Part shown: piece after piece, positions 1 through 10,327 of the stretch
Numbering within the stretch: position 1 is the stretch's first letter
How the letters are laid out: the number at the start of each line of letters is the position of its first letter
NCBI GenBank assembly: GCA_040880485.1
Contig: JBBDIJ010000002.1
Span: forward strand, 51,518-115,517
Direction: 5' to 3'
DNA: 64,000 nt
Source: Balneolaceae bacterium
GTDB taxonomy: Bacteria > Bacteroidota > Rhodothermia > Balneolales > Balneolaceae
The notes under the pieces: generated by a model
Seen by the model: the letters and a program-made list of their open reading frames with translations, nothing else
Database searches by the model: none
Told to the model about the DNA's origin: nothing
Made by a program: the position numbers and the translations under genes

Positions 1-103
1 GCCTACCTTAAGAAATATACCGGTTCGCTTCAGCCAAAGTAAGGGAGCGCCTGTGTAATCAGGAGTTGGGCAATCACCCGAATTTGTGATAGATTCCCTC
101 CTG

Positions 104-132
104 CCCGGCCATTAAAAGGCCGGTAATTTTTT
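104..132 (+). terminator. possible rho-independent terminator of a gene ending upstream of the window
   Basis: GC stem CCGGCC (105-110) pairs with GGCCGG (118-123) around a 7-nt loop and is followed by TAATTTTTT. Confidence 0.3.
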
Positions 133-197
133 AACGATCCGGCAGGTGCAGGAACCCCGTTCGGGCCGGCCGCCGGAGCCAGAAACCGGAGTAAAGT

Positions 198-371
198 ATG
201 GGATTAGGTGGTTTTGAGTGGCTGATTATTTTGTTGGTCATCGTCTTTCTTTTTGGTGCGAAACGGATTCCCGGACTGGCCAAAGGGCTGGGACAGGGGT
301 TTCGTGAATTTAAAAAAGCGAAGGATTCGGACGACTCCGAACTGGAGGATAAGAGAGAGGAAGATAGATGA
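198..371 (+). CDS. tatA: twin-arginine translocase subunit TatA/E (57 aa; below the ORF-track length cutoff)
   Basis: My own translation is [57 protein letters not shown]. It has the TatA architecture: N-terminal TM helix, hinge FG, amphipathic KxLGxxxxxFKKA helix and an acidic tail. A GGAG lies upstream. The stop overlaps the next ATG (ATGA). Confidence 0.75.
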   Translation: MGLGGFEWLIILLVIVFLFGAKRIPGLAKGLGQGFREFKKAKDSDDSELEDKREEDR

Positions 372-1336
372 CCTTTGCAGCATTCAGAGTGGGAGCAGCT
401 ACGAATTTCCATCGATTCTACCAGCCAAAAGCCGTACTGCTCGTACTTTTGGCCCCTTTTTTTCTGCAATGCAGTGCACCCGGACAGACCGATGTTACCT
501 TCCTGGTCGCCTCCGACATTCACTACGGGATCAGTGATTCGGTAGCAATGTATAATCGCCGGGCCATTGAGGAGATGAACCGCCTCCCAGGGACGCCCTG
601 GCCATTCGGAGGCGAGACCGACACGCCCAGAGGACTTCTCGTTTCGGGCGATATGACGGAGGATGGAGAGCCGGAAGAGTGGCAGGCCTTCCTGGAAGAT
701 TACGGACTTACCGGTGATAGAAGGCTGCAATACCCCGTCTATGAGGGCTTTGGCAATCACGACGGAGAGGTGGATGGAGCGGTTCGCAGCGGGATACGTG
801 AAAGAAACACGAACAGGCCTGGTGTGACGAACATTTCGGAAAACGGGCTCCACTACTCCTGGAGTTGGGACGACCTCCACATTGTGAACCTGAACAGTTA
901 CCCGAGCTACGAGTGGGATTCGGAGTGTGGCTGGTGCCACTACTTTACCCGATCGTTTCGGGAACCGGAGGAGAGCCTGCAGTTCCTGGAGAAAGATCTG
1001 GCCGAACAGGTGGGGCAGAGCGGCCGGCAGATCATTCTCTATTTCCACTACGGGTTTGACGATTGGGGCGACCTTTGGTGGACCGAACAGGAGCAGGAAG
1101 ATTTTTATGAGGCTATTCGGGACTACAACATTCTGGCCATATTCCACGGCCACTCTCACAACATTCAATTCAGCGAGTGGCGGAATATTCCGGTATTCTG
1201 TGTCGGGTCCACACAGAAGGAGTCGGGACCCGGAGAGTTCATGGCGGTACGTGTGACTTCCGACTCGCTCTATGTGGCGGAGCGTCGCACCGGTGAGTGG
1301 GGCCAGACTCTCGCATTACCCCGGTTTTCCGAGTAG
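368..1336 (+). CDS. secreted calcineurin-like metallophosphoesterase
   Basis: Hydrophobic N-terminal signal-like segment. Phosphoesterase motifs are present in order: [25 protein letters not shown]. Confidence 0.8.
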   Translation: MTFAAFRVGAATNFHRFYQPKAVLLVLLAPFFLQCSAPGQTDVTFLVASDIHYGISDSVAMYNRRAIEEMNRLPGTPWPFGGETDTPRGLLVSGDMTEDGEPEEWQAFLEDYGLTGDRRLQYPVYEGFGNHDGEVDGAVRSGIRERNTNRPGVTNISENGLHYSWSWDDLHIVNLNSYPSYEWDSECGWCHYFTRSFREPEESLQFLEKDLAEQVGQSGRQIILYFHYGFDDWGDLWWTEQEQEDFYEAIRDYNILAIFHGHSHNIQFSEWRNIPVFCVGSTQKESGPGEFMAVRVTSDSLYVAERRTGEWGQTLALPRFSE

Positions 1337-1477
1337 ATTTTTACTAAAATTTTTCTCACTATCCATCTTTCTTTACGGGTTGAACCGGCTGGTTGCCAAA
1401 GATGGAAGAGTCTGTACCGGCTGGCCTACTGCGATGGAAGAGCGGGTACCGGTAGTTAAAACGGATAAACAATCTAT

Positions 1478-2509
1478 ATGGGCATTACAGAAGAGCATTT
1501 CGGGAAGTTGAAAGATGGGCGTAAAGTGAGCCGATTTACGATAACCGGCGAAGGGGGTCTGGAGGTAAAGATTATTAATCTGGGTGGAATTATTACCTCT
1601 TTGAAAGTACCGGATCGCGAGGGCCGTTCAGGAAATGTGGTACTCGGATTCGACGATCTGGACACCTATCTGGCCGGCCACCCCTACTTCGGTGCACTTA
1701 TAGGCCGTTACGGGAACCGGATTGCCGGAGGAGAGTTTGAACTGGATGGCCGGGTCTACACGCTTGCCAAAAACGACGGTGAAAATCATCTTCATGGCGG
1801 GGAGATCGGGTTCGATAAGGTCTACTGGGAGGCGGAACCGTGTGCGGAGACCGCTCTGCGTATGACCTACCAGAGCCCGGACGGGGAAGAGGGCTATCCC
1901 GGAAATCTGGATGTGGAGGTGATCTATACAGTTGGACGGGAGAATGAACTCACTATCGGCTACAAAGCCATTACGGATAAGGCGACTCATGTGAACCTGA
2001 CGGCCCATAGCTATTTTAATTTGACGGCCGATCTCTCCCGTAGTATTCTGGAACACGAGGTACGCCTGAATGCAGACCGGTTCACCCCGGTGAATGAGAA
2101 CCTGATACCGACCGGAGAACTGCGGAGTGTACAGGGAACGCCGTTCGATTTCCGGGGAGCCCGGAGACCTGAAGAGCGGTACGATCAGGTGGATGGCGGG
2201 TATGATCACAATTTTGTACTGAACGGCGAGGAGGGTGTGCTTCGAAGTTCGGCGATGGTTCGTGATCCGTATAGCGGCCGCACACTGGAGGTGCTCACTA
2301 CGGAGCCCGGGATACAGTTCTATACAGGAAATTTTCTGGACGGTTCGCTAAAAAGTTCAGACGGAGTTCCGTTTGAGGTCAATTCCGGTTTCTGTCTTGA
2401 ACCGCAGCACTATCCGGATTCGCCCAATCAACCCGATTTTCCCTCGACGGTTCTGCTTTCCGGTGAGGAGTATCGCACGAAGACGATCTATCGGTTTGGT
2501 ACGGATTGA
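1478..2509 (+). CDS. galM: aldose 1-epimerase (mutarotase)
   Basis: 343 aa with GRYGNRIA, HLHGG, HSYFNL and FCLEPQHYPDSPN, which are characteristic of the aldose 1-epimerase family. Confidence 0.85.
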   Translation: MGITEEHFGKLKDGRKVSRFTITGEGGLEVKIINLGGIITSLKVPDREGRSGNVVLGFDDLDTYLAGHPYFGALIGRYGNRIAGGEFELDGRVYTLAKNDGENHLHGGEIGFDKVYWEAEPCAETALRMTYQSPDGEEGYPGNLDVEVIYTVGRENELTIGYKAITDKATHVNLTAHSYFNLTADLSRSILEHEVRLNADRFTPVNENLIPTGELRSVQGTPFDFRGARRPEERYDQVDGGYDHNFVLNGEEGVLRSSAMVRDPYSGRTLEVLTTEPGIQFYTGNFLDGSLKSSDGVPFEVNSGFCLEPQHYPDSPNQPDFPSTVLLSGEEYRTKTIYRFGTD

Positions 2510-2516
2510 TATGAGA

Positions 2517-2550
2517 CCGGCAAGGTGACAGGTCCTTGACGGTTTTTTTT
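2517..2550 (+). terminator. rho-independent terminator after galM
   Basis: Stem CCGGCAAGG (2517-2525) pairs with CCTTGACGG (2534-2542) with one mismatch, has an 8-nt loop, and is followed by T8 (2543-2550). Confidence 0.5.
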
Positions 2551-2576
2551 CGCTTTCAACAAATGGATACGCTCTT

Positions 2577-4331
2577 ATGGGAGTATTGGCATGGCTGGAC
2601 TGGGCCGTTATCGGCCTCTACTTTCTGCTGATTGGCGGGGTGGCCTGGTGGGTTATCCGGCAGGCACAGCAGACACCCGCCGACTACTTTTTGGCGGGTC
2701 GGCACCTCGGTTTCTTCATTGTGGGTGCATCTATCTTCTCTTCGAATATCGGTTCGGAGCACCTGGTCGGGCTTGCAGGTTCCGGCGCTACGGACGGGGT
2801 GGCCATGGCTCACTACGAGCTTCACGCCTGGTGTCTTCTGGTGCTGGGCTGGGTGATGGTTCCCTTCTACATTCGCTCCAAAGTGTTTACGATGCCGGAG
2901 TTTCTGGAGCGTCGCTTCTCTCCGCTTGCCCGTTCGCTTCTTTCCGGAATCTCGCTTATTGCCTATGTGCTCACCAAAATTGCGGTCGGAATCTTTGCCG
3001 GAGGAATCGTTTTCAGTGTGCTTATTCCCGAGCTGACGTTTATGGGGCTTAACAGCTTCTGGATCGGTTCCATACTGGTGATCCTGTTTACCGGAGCCTA
3101 TACGGTTCTTGGGGGATTGCGTGCGGTGGCATATACCGAGGCCATTCAGACCGTGGTACTCGTTTTCGGATCTCTGCTTGTGCTCTATTATGGCCTCCAG
3201 GCGATCGGGGGGTGGAACCGGCTCTACGAAATTGCGGGGCCGGAGATGTTCAACCTCTGGAAACCGCTGGTACCGGAGGGTGTGGAGAGTACCTGGGCAC
3301 CCGTACGGGAGGAGGGACGCATGGCATGGTACTTCAATAGTAATTACCCATGGCTGGGGATGCTTTTCGCTGCACCTATAGTTGGCCTCTGGTACTGGAC
3401 AACAGATCAGTATATTGTTCAGCGGGCTCTGGGCGCTGCCAATATACAGGAGGCACGACGCGGTAGTATTATGGCCGCATTTTTGAAACTGCTTCCGGTG
3501 TTCATTTTCATCATTCCAGGAATCATTACCTGGGCGCTGGCAGAGTCGGGCGAGATTGCGTCTTTGCAGCAGCATCTGGTTGGGCCGGACGGAGAGGTAA
3601 TTACAGAGAATGCACAGGCGGCTTTTCCCCTTCTGGTGACTCATGTTCTTCCGGTGGGAATTCGCGGGCTGGTGGTTGCCGGCCTGCTTGCGGCTCTCAT
3701 GAGTTCACTGGCCGGAGTCTTTAACGCCTCTTCTACTCTCTTTACGATGGACTTTTACAAGAAGTATCGGCCTGAGTCGTCCGAAGAGCGCCTCGTCTGG
3801 ATGGGCCGTCTTGCCACCATCATTATGGTGATCATTGGCCTCCTATGGATTCCTGTCATACAGGGAAGTCGCGGGCTATATGACTATCTGCAGGGGGTTC
3901 AGTCCTATCTTGCGCCGCCTATTTTCGTGGTCTTTTTCATGGGTATTTTCTACAAACGCCTGAATCGTGAAGGCTGTCTGGCGGCCCTGGGTGTCGGGAT
4001 GGCTATGGGCCTCTTCCGTCTGGCCGTCGATACACCGGTGATGTTGATCGACGGATTTGAATATGCAAACGGCAGTTTTCTGTGGGTGGTTAGCAATATC
4101 TTTTTTCAGTACTACAGTCTGCTCATTTTTATCACCTGTATTGTGGTGATGGTTGCCGTGAGCCTCGCCACTCCTCCTCCTGACGAGAAGCGCATAGCTG
4201 GCCTGACCTACTCGACCCTCTCGGAAGAGGATAAGCGTGAGAATCGATTGAGCTGGAACAGAAAAGATGTGATTCTCTCTGCACTTCTGATGATCCTGAT
4301 CGTGACCATCTACATCTACTTTAGTGGGTAG
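2577..4331 (+). CDS. sodium:solute symporter family transporter (SGLT-like)
   Basis: 584 aa, polytopic with about 13-14 hydrophobic segments, and an SSS-like GGLRAVAYTEAIQT region. It sits next to galM, suggesting sugar uptake. Confidence 0.85.
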   Translation: MGVLAWLDWAVIGLYFLLIGGVAWWVIRQAQQTPADYFLAGRHLGFFIVGASIFSSNIGSEHLVGLAGSGATDGVAMAHYELHAWCLLVLGWVMVPFYIRSKVFTMPEFLERRFSPLARSLLSGISLIAYVLTKIAVGIFAGGIVFSVLIPELTFMGLNSFWIGSILVILFTGAYTVLGGLRAVAYTEAIQTVVLVFGSLLVLYYGLQAIGGWNRLYEIAGPEMFNLWKPLVPEGVESTWAPVREEGRMAWYFNSNYPWLGMLFAAPIVGLWYWTTDQYIVQRALGAANIQEARRGSIMAAFLKLLPVFIFIIPGIITWALAESGEIASLQQHLVGPDGEVITENAQAAFPLLVTHVLPVGIRGLVVAGLLAALMSSLAGVFNASSTLFTMDFYKKYRPESSEERLVWMGRLATIIMVIIGLLWIPVIQGSRGLYDYLQGVQSYLAPPIFVVFFMGIFYKRLNREGCLAALGVGMAMGLFRLAVDTPVMLIDGFEYANGSFLWVVSNIFFQYYSLLIFITCIVVMVAVSLATPPPDEKRIAGLTYSTLSEEDKRENRLSWNRKDVILSALLMILIVTIYIYFSG

Positions 4332-4371
4332 TGAGTGCTTACTGTGTGGCTAAATGTACAACAGACGGGTG

Positions 4372-5163
4372 CTACGCTGTCCAGGGTTCGGTGCGGTACC
4401 CTTTTCCTTCTGTATAGTCCGTAACCCGAAAGATTGGCGAATCGGTTTCGTGATAGGCCATGATCGCGTAACCCTCTTTTAGCGCCAGGTCGGCAAGCTC
4501 CTTGCGCATCCTTGTCGATTGTTGGGGGTCGTAGTCATACTTGGCAGCATAGGTGCGGTTGATAGCCCCTTTGGTACCAATCACATCACCGGCCATCAGA
4601 AATCGCACACCATCGCTATGGAAGTGAAGGGCCAGAGAGTATTCCGTATGTCCACCGATGGTTTGTATCGTCACTTCGGGAATGGGCTTCTCTCCGTCTG
4701 CTACCGCTTCGATCTCCATCCGGGATTCCAGGAAGTAGAGGAACTCCAGGCGGGTTTCGTTGTCCGGTGTGCTCTCTGCATTGGTCAGTTTCTCCCACTC
4801 CTCACCCGATACCCGGAGAATAGCATCCGGAAAAGTGAGCTCCCAGAATCCGGAATCCCTGCCGGCGAGGCCACCCAGGTGGTCGATGTGGAGATGACTC
4901 ATAAAAATATCGGTGATATCTCCTTCGGCCAGGCCGTGCTTCTGCAGATTTTCAAGTAGTGTATTTGTGGATGTGTTCTCCCCGAACGACCCCAGGCCAG
5001 TATCGAACAGAATGTTTCGGGACCCGGTTTGGATCAAAAAGGGGTTAATGGAGAGCTTGAGTGATTGGCGGGCAGGAGGTTCATCCCGGGCAATCGGGTT
5101 GAACCGTTTGTCCAGGCCAACAGAGAAGGTGCCTTCATAGAGTGCTGCTGCCGTGGGCTTCAT
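4372..5163 (-). CDS. MBL-fold metallo-hydrolase
   Basis: HxHxDH motif (SHLHIDHLGG) plus downstream His/Asp ligands (GGHTEYS, AGD, YHE). Confidence 0.8.
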   Translation of the reverse strand: MKPTAAALYEGTFSVGLDKRFNPIARDEPPARQSLKLSINPFLIQTGSRNILFDTGLGSFGENTSTNTLLENLQKHGLAEGDITDIFMSHLHIDHLGGLAGRDSGFWELTFPDAILRVSGEEWEKLTNAESTPDNETRLEFLYFLESRMEIEAVADGEKPIPEVTIQTIGGHTEYSLALHFHSDGVRFLMAGDVIGTKGAINRTYAAKYDYDPQQSTRMRKELADLALKEGYAIMAYHETDSPIFRVTDYTEGKGYRTEPWTA

Positions 5164-6176
5164 CCCTTCTTGCCTCTCTTATCCTCATGCTTTTCATACG
5201 CTTCGATGATCTCACGCACCAAACGGTGCCGTACGACATCCCGCTGATCCAGATCGACAAACGAGATCCCTTCAATTTTGCTGAGTACATCTCGTATCGA
5301 GCTGAGTCCCGACTGCTGAGTGCGGGGGAGGTCGGTCTGGGTTACGTCACCGGTAATGATGGCACAACTGTTGAACCCGATCCGGGTCAGGAACATCTTC
5401 ATCTGGGTGTAGGTCGCATTCTGGGCTTCATCGAGAATGACAAAAGCGTTGTTCAACGTTCGGCCACGCATGTAGGCGAGAGGGGCGATTTCAATTACAT
5501 TTTTATCAAGTTGGTACTCCAGTTTGTCGAACTCGATCATCTCTTCGAGGGCGTCGTAGAGCGGTCGCAGGTAGGGGTCGATCTTCTCTTTTAGGTCTCC
5601 CGGCAAAAAACCCAGGTTTTCTCCCGCTTCTACAGCAGGACGGACCAGAATGATCTTCTTGATACGCCTCTGTTTGAGAGCCTGTACCGCCAGTGCGACC
5701 GATGTGAATGTTTTACCGGTACCCGCCGGTCCAATGGCAAAGACGATGTCGTTATTGACCGATGCTTTGACCAGCGCTCGCTGGCCGGGAGTTTTTGCCG
5801 CGACCACTTCACCGTTGTGAGTGTGAAGGATGATGTCTCCACTCTCCTTTTTGAACGGCTTTTCCGATGATTCGGCCGATTCGACTCTCTCTTCAAGGGC
5901 CAGCAGGGTTTCCAGGTCGGAGGCAGAGACCTGGCGGTTCTGTTTTGCCAGCACGATGAGCTCCCTGAAAATTCCTGTGAGCGTCTCTACCTCTTGACTG
6001 GGACCCAGCATCTTGATCCTGTTGCCGCGGGCTGTAACCTGAGTAGCGGGGAAAGCCCGATCGATGCGTGCAAGGTGTTCGTCGCGAAAACCGAAGATGA
6101 GGACCGGTTCAATATCTTCAATCATCAACTCCTGTTCATCTATGTCGCCCTGTTTTTCGATAGTAGTCCTATTCAA
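5160..6176 (-). CDS. phoH: PhoH-family ATPase
   Basis: Walker A GPAGTGKTF, Walker B FVILDEAQN, and PhoH-like C-terminal ITGDVTQTDLP. Confidence 0.85.
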   Translation of the reverse strand: MNRTTIEKQGDIDEQELMIEDIEPVLIFGFRDEHLARIDRAFPATQVTARGNRIKMLGPSQEVETLTGIFRELIVLAKQNRQVSASDLETLLALEERVESAESSEKPFKKESGDIILHTHNGEVVAAKTPGQRALVKASVNNDIVFAIGPAGTGKTFTSVALAVQALKQRRIKKIILVRPAVEAGENLGFLPGDLKEKIDPYLRPLYDALEEMIEFDKLEYQLDKNVIEIAPLAYMRGRTLNNAFVILDEAQNATYTQMKMFLTRIGFNSCAIITGDVTQTDLPRTQQSGLSSIRDVLSKIEGISFVDLDQRDVVRHRLVREIIEAYEKHEDKRGKKG

Positions 6177-6856
6177 CTTTGATTTGCAGTTTCCGCCAGT
6201 TTCCTGAGGGATTGAATACTCTCTGTAATGGATTCTGCCTGAAAGATGGCGGTACCGGCTACAAGGACTTCAGCGCCAGCCTTAACTGCTTTTCCAATAC
6301 TTTTCGGTCCTATGCCCCCGTCAATCTGAATCAGAAAATCTGCTTTTTCTTCACTGCGTATTTTTACAATCTCTTCGATCTTACGGCAGCTTTCAGGTAT
6401 GAACGACTGCCCGCCATAGCCGGGGTTCACACTCATAACAACGGCCATATCCATCATGTAGGTCACAGGCCGGATGGCGTCGCCGGGCGTCGCCGGGTTC
6501 AGTGCTACTCCGCACATGCAGCCGAGGGATCGAATCTGTTGCAGGGTTCGGTGCAGGTGGCGGCAGGTCTCCTGATGGACGGTTATCAGATCTGCACCCG
6601 CATCGGCGATGGACTCCAGCAGGTGTTCAGGTTCTTCTACCATCAGATGTACATCAATGAACAGATCGTCAGAAATGTCGGCAATGGATGCAATCACATC
6701 AGCACCAAAGGTGATGTTGGGTACAAAATTTCCATCCATCACATCACAATGAATCCAGGTTGCTCCGCCATCCACACATTGAAGAATCTCACTTTTCAGG
6801 GACGAAAAGTCAGCGGCAAGAATGGAGGGGGCGATGACAGGTAAAGAGTGGTCCAT
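6173..6856 (-). CDS. rpe: ribulose-phosphate 3-epimerase
   Basis: IAPSILAADF, HCDVMDGNFVPN and VMSVNPGYGGQSF motifs. 4-nt overlap with phoH. Confidence 0.9.
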   Translation of the reverse strand: MDHSLPVIAPSILAADFSSLKSEILQCVDGGATWIHCDVMDGNFVPNITFGADVIASIADISDDLFIDVHLMVEEPEHLLESIADAGADLITVHQETCRHLHRTLQQIRSLGCMCGVALNPATPGDAIRPVTYMMDMAVVMSVNPGYGGQSFIPESCRKIEEIVKIRSEEKADFLIQIDGGIGPKSIGKAVKAGAEVLVAGTAIFQAESITESIQSLRKLAETANQS

Positions 6857-6864
6857 CCGGGTCG

Positions 6865-7743
6865 TTATTCGTTTACTTCTTCAATGTCCGGATTGTCGGG
6901 TTCCTCATTGTCCAATTCATCCGGGTCCACATCTTCATTGCTGTTTTGCTCGTTATTTCCAGTGTCGATAATGGCACCTGCTTCATCTACCTCTTCGATG
7001 TCCAGACGCTCTGAAACGATGAGTGTAAGGTATTCTCCTTCTCTCATTTCGGCAGTGTCGGGAAGGTAGGAGATGATCGTGTAGGGGGCAAGGTCCTCTG
7101 CCTCCTCATAATGAATGTCTGACACGAACAGGCCGACCTCCCCAAGCCGCTGCTGCGCTTCATTCAGGTTCAAACCCGCAATTTCCGGTACCTGTACGAT
7201 TTCGTCACCAAGTCCGTCGCTCACGGTCAGGTCTACAACCGCTCCCTGATCTACTGTGTCTCCGGGGGCGAGAGACTGCCTTAACACGGTGTTCCGAAAC
7301 TCACCGGACTCCATGCTCACGCCTCCGAGGCTCAGGCCGTAATTTTCGATCTGTATCGTGGCATTCCGGAGAGACATTCCGGCTACATTCGGTACCACGG
7401 CGGTGGGCCGTATTGCAGTGTTTACGGTCAGGTAGATCTTGCGATTCGGTTTTACAATCTGTCTCGCGGGTGGGGCCTGATCGATAATGTAGTCGGCCGG
7501 ATAGGCGGTGTGTGCCCGACGATCCATCACTTCGAATCGGAATCCATAATCAGAGAGAACTTGCTCTGCCTCTTCCAGTGAGATCTTGGTTACATCCGGA
7601 ACCGTTACGCCTTCGTTATAATTTGTGTAGACAGGCATAATGAGCCGATCCAGGATCAATATGCCCAAACCACCCGCTACAATCAGGGAGATTGAGAGGA
7701 TATAGAACCATCTGTTTGTAAAAATAAACTTGATCCAATACAT
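6865..7743 (-). CDS. membrane-anchored PASTA-repeat protein
   Basis: N-terminal TM helix followed by three PASTA-like modules (VPDVTKISLEEAEQVLSDYGF, VPNVAGMSLRNATIQIENYGL, VPEIAGLNLNEAQQRLGEVGL) and an acidic tail. Confidence 0.7.
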   Translation of the reverse strand: MYWIKFIFTNRWFYILSISLIVAGGLGILILDRLIMPVYTNYNEGVTVPDVTKISLEEAEQVLSDYGFRFEVMDRRAHTAYPADYIIDQAPPARQIVKPNRKIYLTVNTAIRPTAVVPNVAGMSLRNATIQIENYGLSLGGVSMESGEFRNTVLRQSLAPGDTVDQGAVVDLTVSDGLGDEIVQVPEIAGLNLNEAQQRLGEVGLFVSDIHYEEAEDLAPYTIISYLPDTAEMREGEYLTLIVSERLDIEEVDEAGAIIDTGNNEQNSNEDVDPDELDNEEPDNPDIEEVNE

Positions 7744-7845
7744 ATGTACACCAAAATACGGGTTTCCCCGCTGAGAGTGAAAAGGGATTGCGAAAAGGAA
7801 ACGCCTGAAGAGAGGGAACTGGTGTCCGCGAAGAGTCAGTTTTTG

Positions 7846-9006
7846 TCAGAAGTTCAGCAGGACACTGAATCGCATCGTATTGGCGAGTGGGTGATCGTCT
7901 TCGAGGGCATAGATGTAGCTGAAGTCTACACCGAACATATTGTAGCGCAGGCCGGCACCCAGAGATATATATTCGCGATTCCCGTTCTCAGGATGTTCGT
8001 AGTAATATCCTGTGCGCAATGCGAACTGGTTGTTATACCAGTATTCGGCCCCGACGCCCACCATGAACTGCTGAAGGAGGCCCAATTCTACCATTTCACT
8101 TCCATTAAATCGTTCCAGACTGTTCCAGGAGCCGAAGAGTGCTCCAAAAGAGCTCATCGCTTCGTATGTCGTGTCGGTTCCGGTGACGGTCATCTCCGTT
8201 CTTGCCATCACCTTGGACAGATCTGTTGCCAGGGTGAGCCGGTTGATTCCATCCCTGTCCAGATCCGTTGTGTATGCACCGCCGATACGTAAAACAGTGG
8301 GGAGAGGATCCTTCTGGGCATTATCGGTGTATTGTACCCCGGGACCGATGTTGGAGATGCTGAGACCGGCCTTTAAATGTGCGTTTCGATTGAACATCAC
8401 GAATGCATCGGAGCGGTAAAGGCTGGCGAGATCCAGCCCAACCGTGGTTCCGGGATTGATTTTCTGCCCTCCCACATCTCCGTCGGCCAGGCTGCTGTAG
8501 ATGAAGCGCAGGCCCGTTCCAACTGCTAAATTTTCGTTCACTTCATATCCGTAGGAGAGGCCGGCTGCAAGTTCGTAACTGTTGAAGCGCCCTTGCTCGA
8601 TGCCCTGATTATCGGTCCGGATCTGCTCTCCCAGATTGAGAAAAGTGATGTGCCCGCCCACTGTTCCAATCCCTTCAATGTGGTACTTTCCGACCAGATA
8701 GTCATAAAAAAGGTCGGCATTAAAAGCCGGGAGCCAGCTTGCGTGTGTGATACTGATCTGATTGCCATGCTGCCAGGCAAGTCCAGCCGGATTCCAGAAG
8801 ATCGCATTTGCGTTGTCGGCAATGGCGACCCCCGTGCTTCCCATACCCGCAGCACGGGAATCGGGCTCAATCTGAAGGAAGGGGACCGCGGTGATACCCA
8901 CCTGGGCCTGAGCGGTAGTCCCCAGGATCGCAAGTGTGGCTGCGACCAGAAGGGTGGTGAGGATTCTGAATGGAGTTCTCATGACAAATCGGTCGTTGTT
9001 AGACAT
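7846..9006 (-). CDS. porV: PorV/PorQ-family type IX secretion outer-membrane beta-barrel protein
   Basis: Signal peptide, then AVPFLQIEPDSRAAGMGSTGVAIADNANAIFWNPAGLAW. This matches my memory of the conserved PorV/LptO N-terminal signature. Size is about 390 aa, with an aromatic C-terminal residue (LLNF). Confidence 0.65.
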   Translation of the reverse strand: MSNNDRFVMRTPFRILTTLLVAATLAILGTTAQAQVGITAVPFLQIEPDSRAAGMGSTGVAIADNANAIFWNPAGLAWQHGNQISITHASWLPAFNADLFYDYLVGKYHIEGIGTVGGHITFLNLGEQIRTDNQGIEQGRFNSYELAAGLSYGYEVNENLAVGTGLRFIYSSLADGDVGGQKINPGTTVGLDLASLYRSDAFVMFNRNAHLKAGLSISNIGPGVQYTDNAQKDPLPTVLRIGGAYTTDLDRDGINRLTLATDLSKVMARTEMTVTGTDTTYEAMSSFGALFGSWNSLERFNGSEMVELGLLQQFMVGVGAEYWYNNQFALRTGYYYEHPENGNREYISLGAGLRYNMFGVDFSYIYALEDDHPLANTMRFSVLLNF

Positions 9007-9130
9007 GCCTGAATGGCAATGTATGAAATTTTCCAGTAAAACGGATCGTAATCACTATAAACAAGCTTCTGAAAATATAATAGCTTCGGTTATTTAAATT
9101 GTCAAGTGAGCGACGTGCCTTTACGGGACA

Positions 9131-10309
9131 TTACATTCGCTCTACAACCATGGCTGATGCACCGCCACCGCCATTGCAGACCGCTGCACAACCGAGGTTT
9201 CCCCCGGTCCGGGCGAGTGCATGCAGGAGAGTGACCAGAATGCGGGCTCCGGAACAGCCGATCGGATGGCCGAGGCTCACTGCACCACCCTGGATATTGA
9301 CTATCTCAGGTGAGAGGTCAAGCAGATCCATGTTAGCCAGCGCTACAACAGAAAAAGCCTCGTTGATCTCATAAAGATCGATATCTGTTGTGGAGGCGCC
9401 GGCTCGCTTCAATGCTGCCGGGATGGCGTCCGCCGGTGCTGTCGTAAACCACTCCGGCTCTCGTGCCGTGCTTGCATGGCTCAAAATTTTCGCAATAGGT
9501 GCGAGCCCCAGGGAGGCGGCTCGATCTTTCGACATCAACAGGAGGCCAGCCGCACCGTCACTCAGAGTGCTGGCGTTGGCCGCCGTTACGCTTCCCTCAT
9601 TTTCAAATGCAGGTTTAAGCAGAGGGACCTTGTCGAAGCGTACCCGTCCGGGCTCTTCGTCATGCTCCATCATATAGGGTTCCTTGCCGCGTTCACGGAT
9701 TTTGATCCGGATGGTCTCTTCGTTGAACCACCCTTTCTCAATGGCTTCCTGTGCTCTCTTGTACGAACGAATGGCGTACTGATCCTGACGCTCCCGGCTA
9801 ATTTTTTTCTCCCTTGCACAGAGCTCTGCCGCACACCCCATGTGATAGTCGTTATATACGTCCCAGAGGCCATCTTTCAAAATCCCGTCCAGTGCCTCTG
9901 AATGCCCGAGACGGGCTCCAAATCGCTCCTTTGGAAGGTAGTAGGGGACTCGGCTCATGCTCTCCATGCCACCTGCAATGATACAGTTCGCCTGTCCTGC
10001 CCTTATCTGGTCGGTAGCGAGCATGACCGCTTTCATTCCGGAGGCACACACTTTGTTTACTCCGGTGGAGGGTGTCCGGTTCGGCAGCCCCCCTTTAAGT
10101 GCAGCCTGCCTGGCGGGAGCCTGGCCGCAACCGGCTGTTAACACCTGTCCCAGTAACACTTCATCGACTTCGTTCGGTGGAAGACCGGACTGTTTGATCA
10201 GTTCAAACAGGGCCATGCCACCAAGCTCCGGCGCACTGAATCCGGAGAGCCGGCCTCCCCAGGAGCCGATTGGAGTCCTCTTTGCCTGTACAACGACAAC
10301 CTCGTTCAT
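9131..10309 (-). CDS. acetyl-CoA C-acetyltransferase (thiolase II)
   Basis: Active-site Cys context VNKVCASGMKAV and C-terminal GHPIGCSGARI and NGGGGASAMVVE. Confidence 0.9.
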   Translation of the reverse strand: MNEVVVVQAKRTPIGSWGGRLSGFSAPELGGMALFELIKQSGLPPNEVDEVLLGQVLTAGCGQAPARQAALKGGLPNRTPSTGVNKVCASGMKAVMLATDQIRAGQANCIIAGGMESMSRVPYYLPKERFGARLGHSEALDGILKDGLWDVYNDYHMGCAAELCAREKKISRERQDQYAIRSYKRAQEAIEKGWFNEETIRIKIRERGKEPYMMEHDEEPGRVRFDKVPLLKPAFENEGSVTAANASTLSDGAAGLLLMSKDRAASLGLAPIAKILSHASTAREPEWFTTAPADAIPAALKRAGASTTDIDLYEINEAFSVVALANMDLLDLSPEIVNIQGGAVSLGHPIGCSGARILVTLLHALARTGGNLGCAAVCNGGGGASAMVVERM

Positions 10310-10327
10310 AGGCCGGTACCTGTTGGT

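Noticed and set aside
131-1168. 345-aa minus-strand ORF overlapping tatA and the metallophosphoesterase gene
   Set aside because: It is an antisense shadow of a motif-supported plus-strand gene. Its translation is Pro/Arg/Ser/Val-rich with no recognisable motif.
2556-3644. 362-aa minus-strand ORF inside the Na+/solute symporter gene
   Set aside because: It is entirely antisense to a clearly polytopic transporter ORF. Its composition (Arg/Pro/His/Cys-rich) is not protein-like.
9063-9081. AAGCTTCTGAAAATATAAT upstream of porV as an extra copy of the island dyad
   Set aside because: It shares only an 8-mer (AAGCTTCT) and a TTCTGAAAA string with island sites, and one arm is missing. An 8-mer match in 64 kb on two strands is expected by chance.
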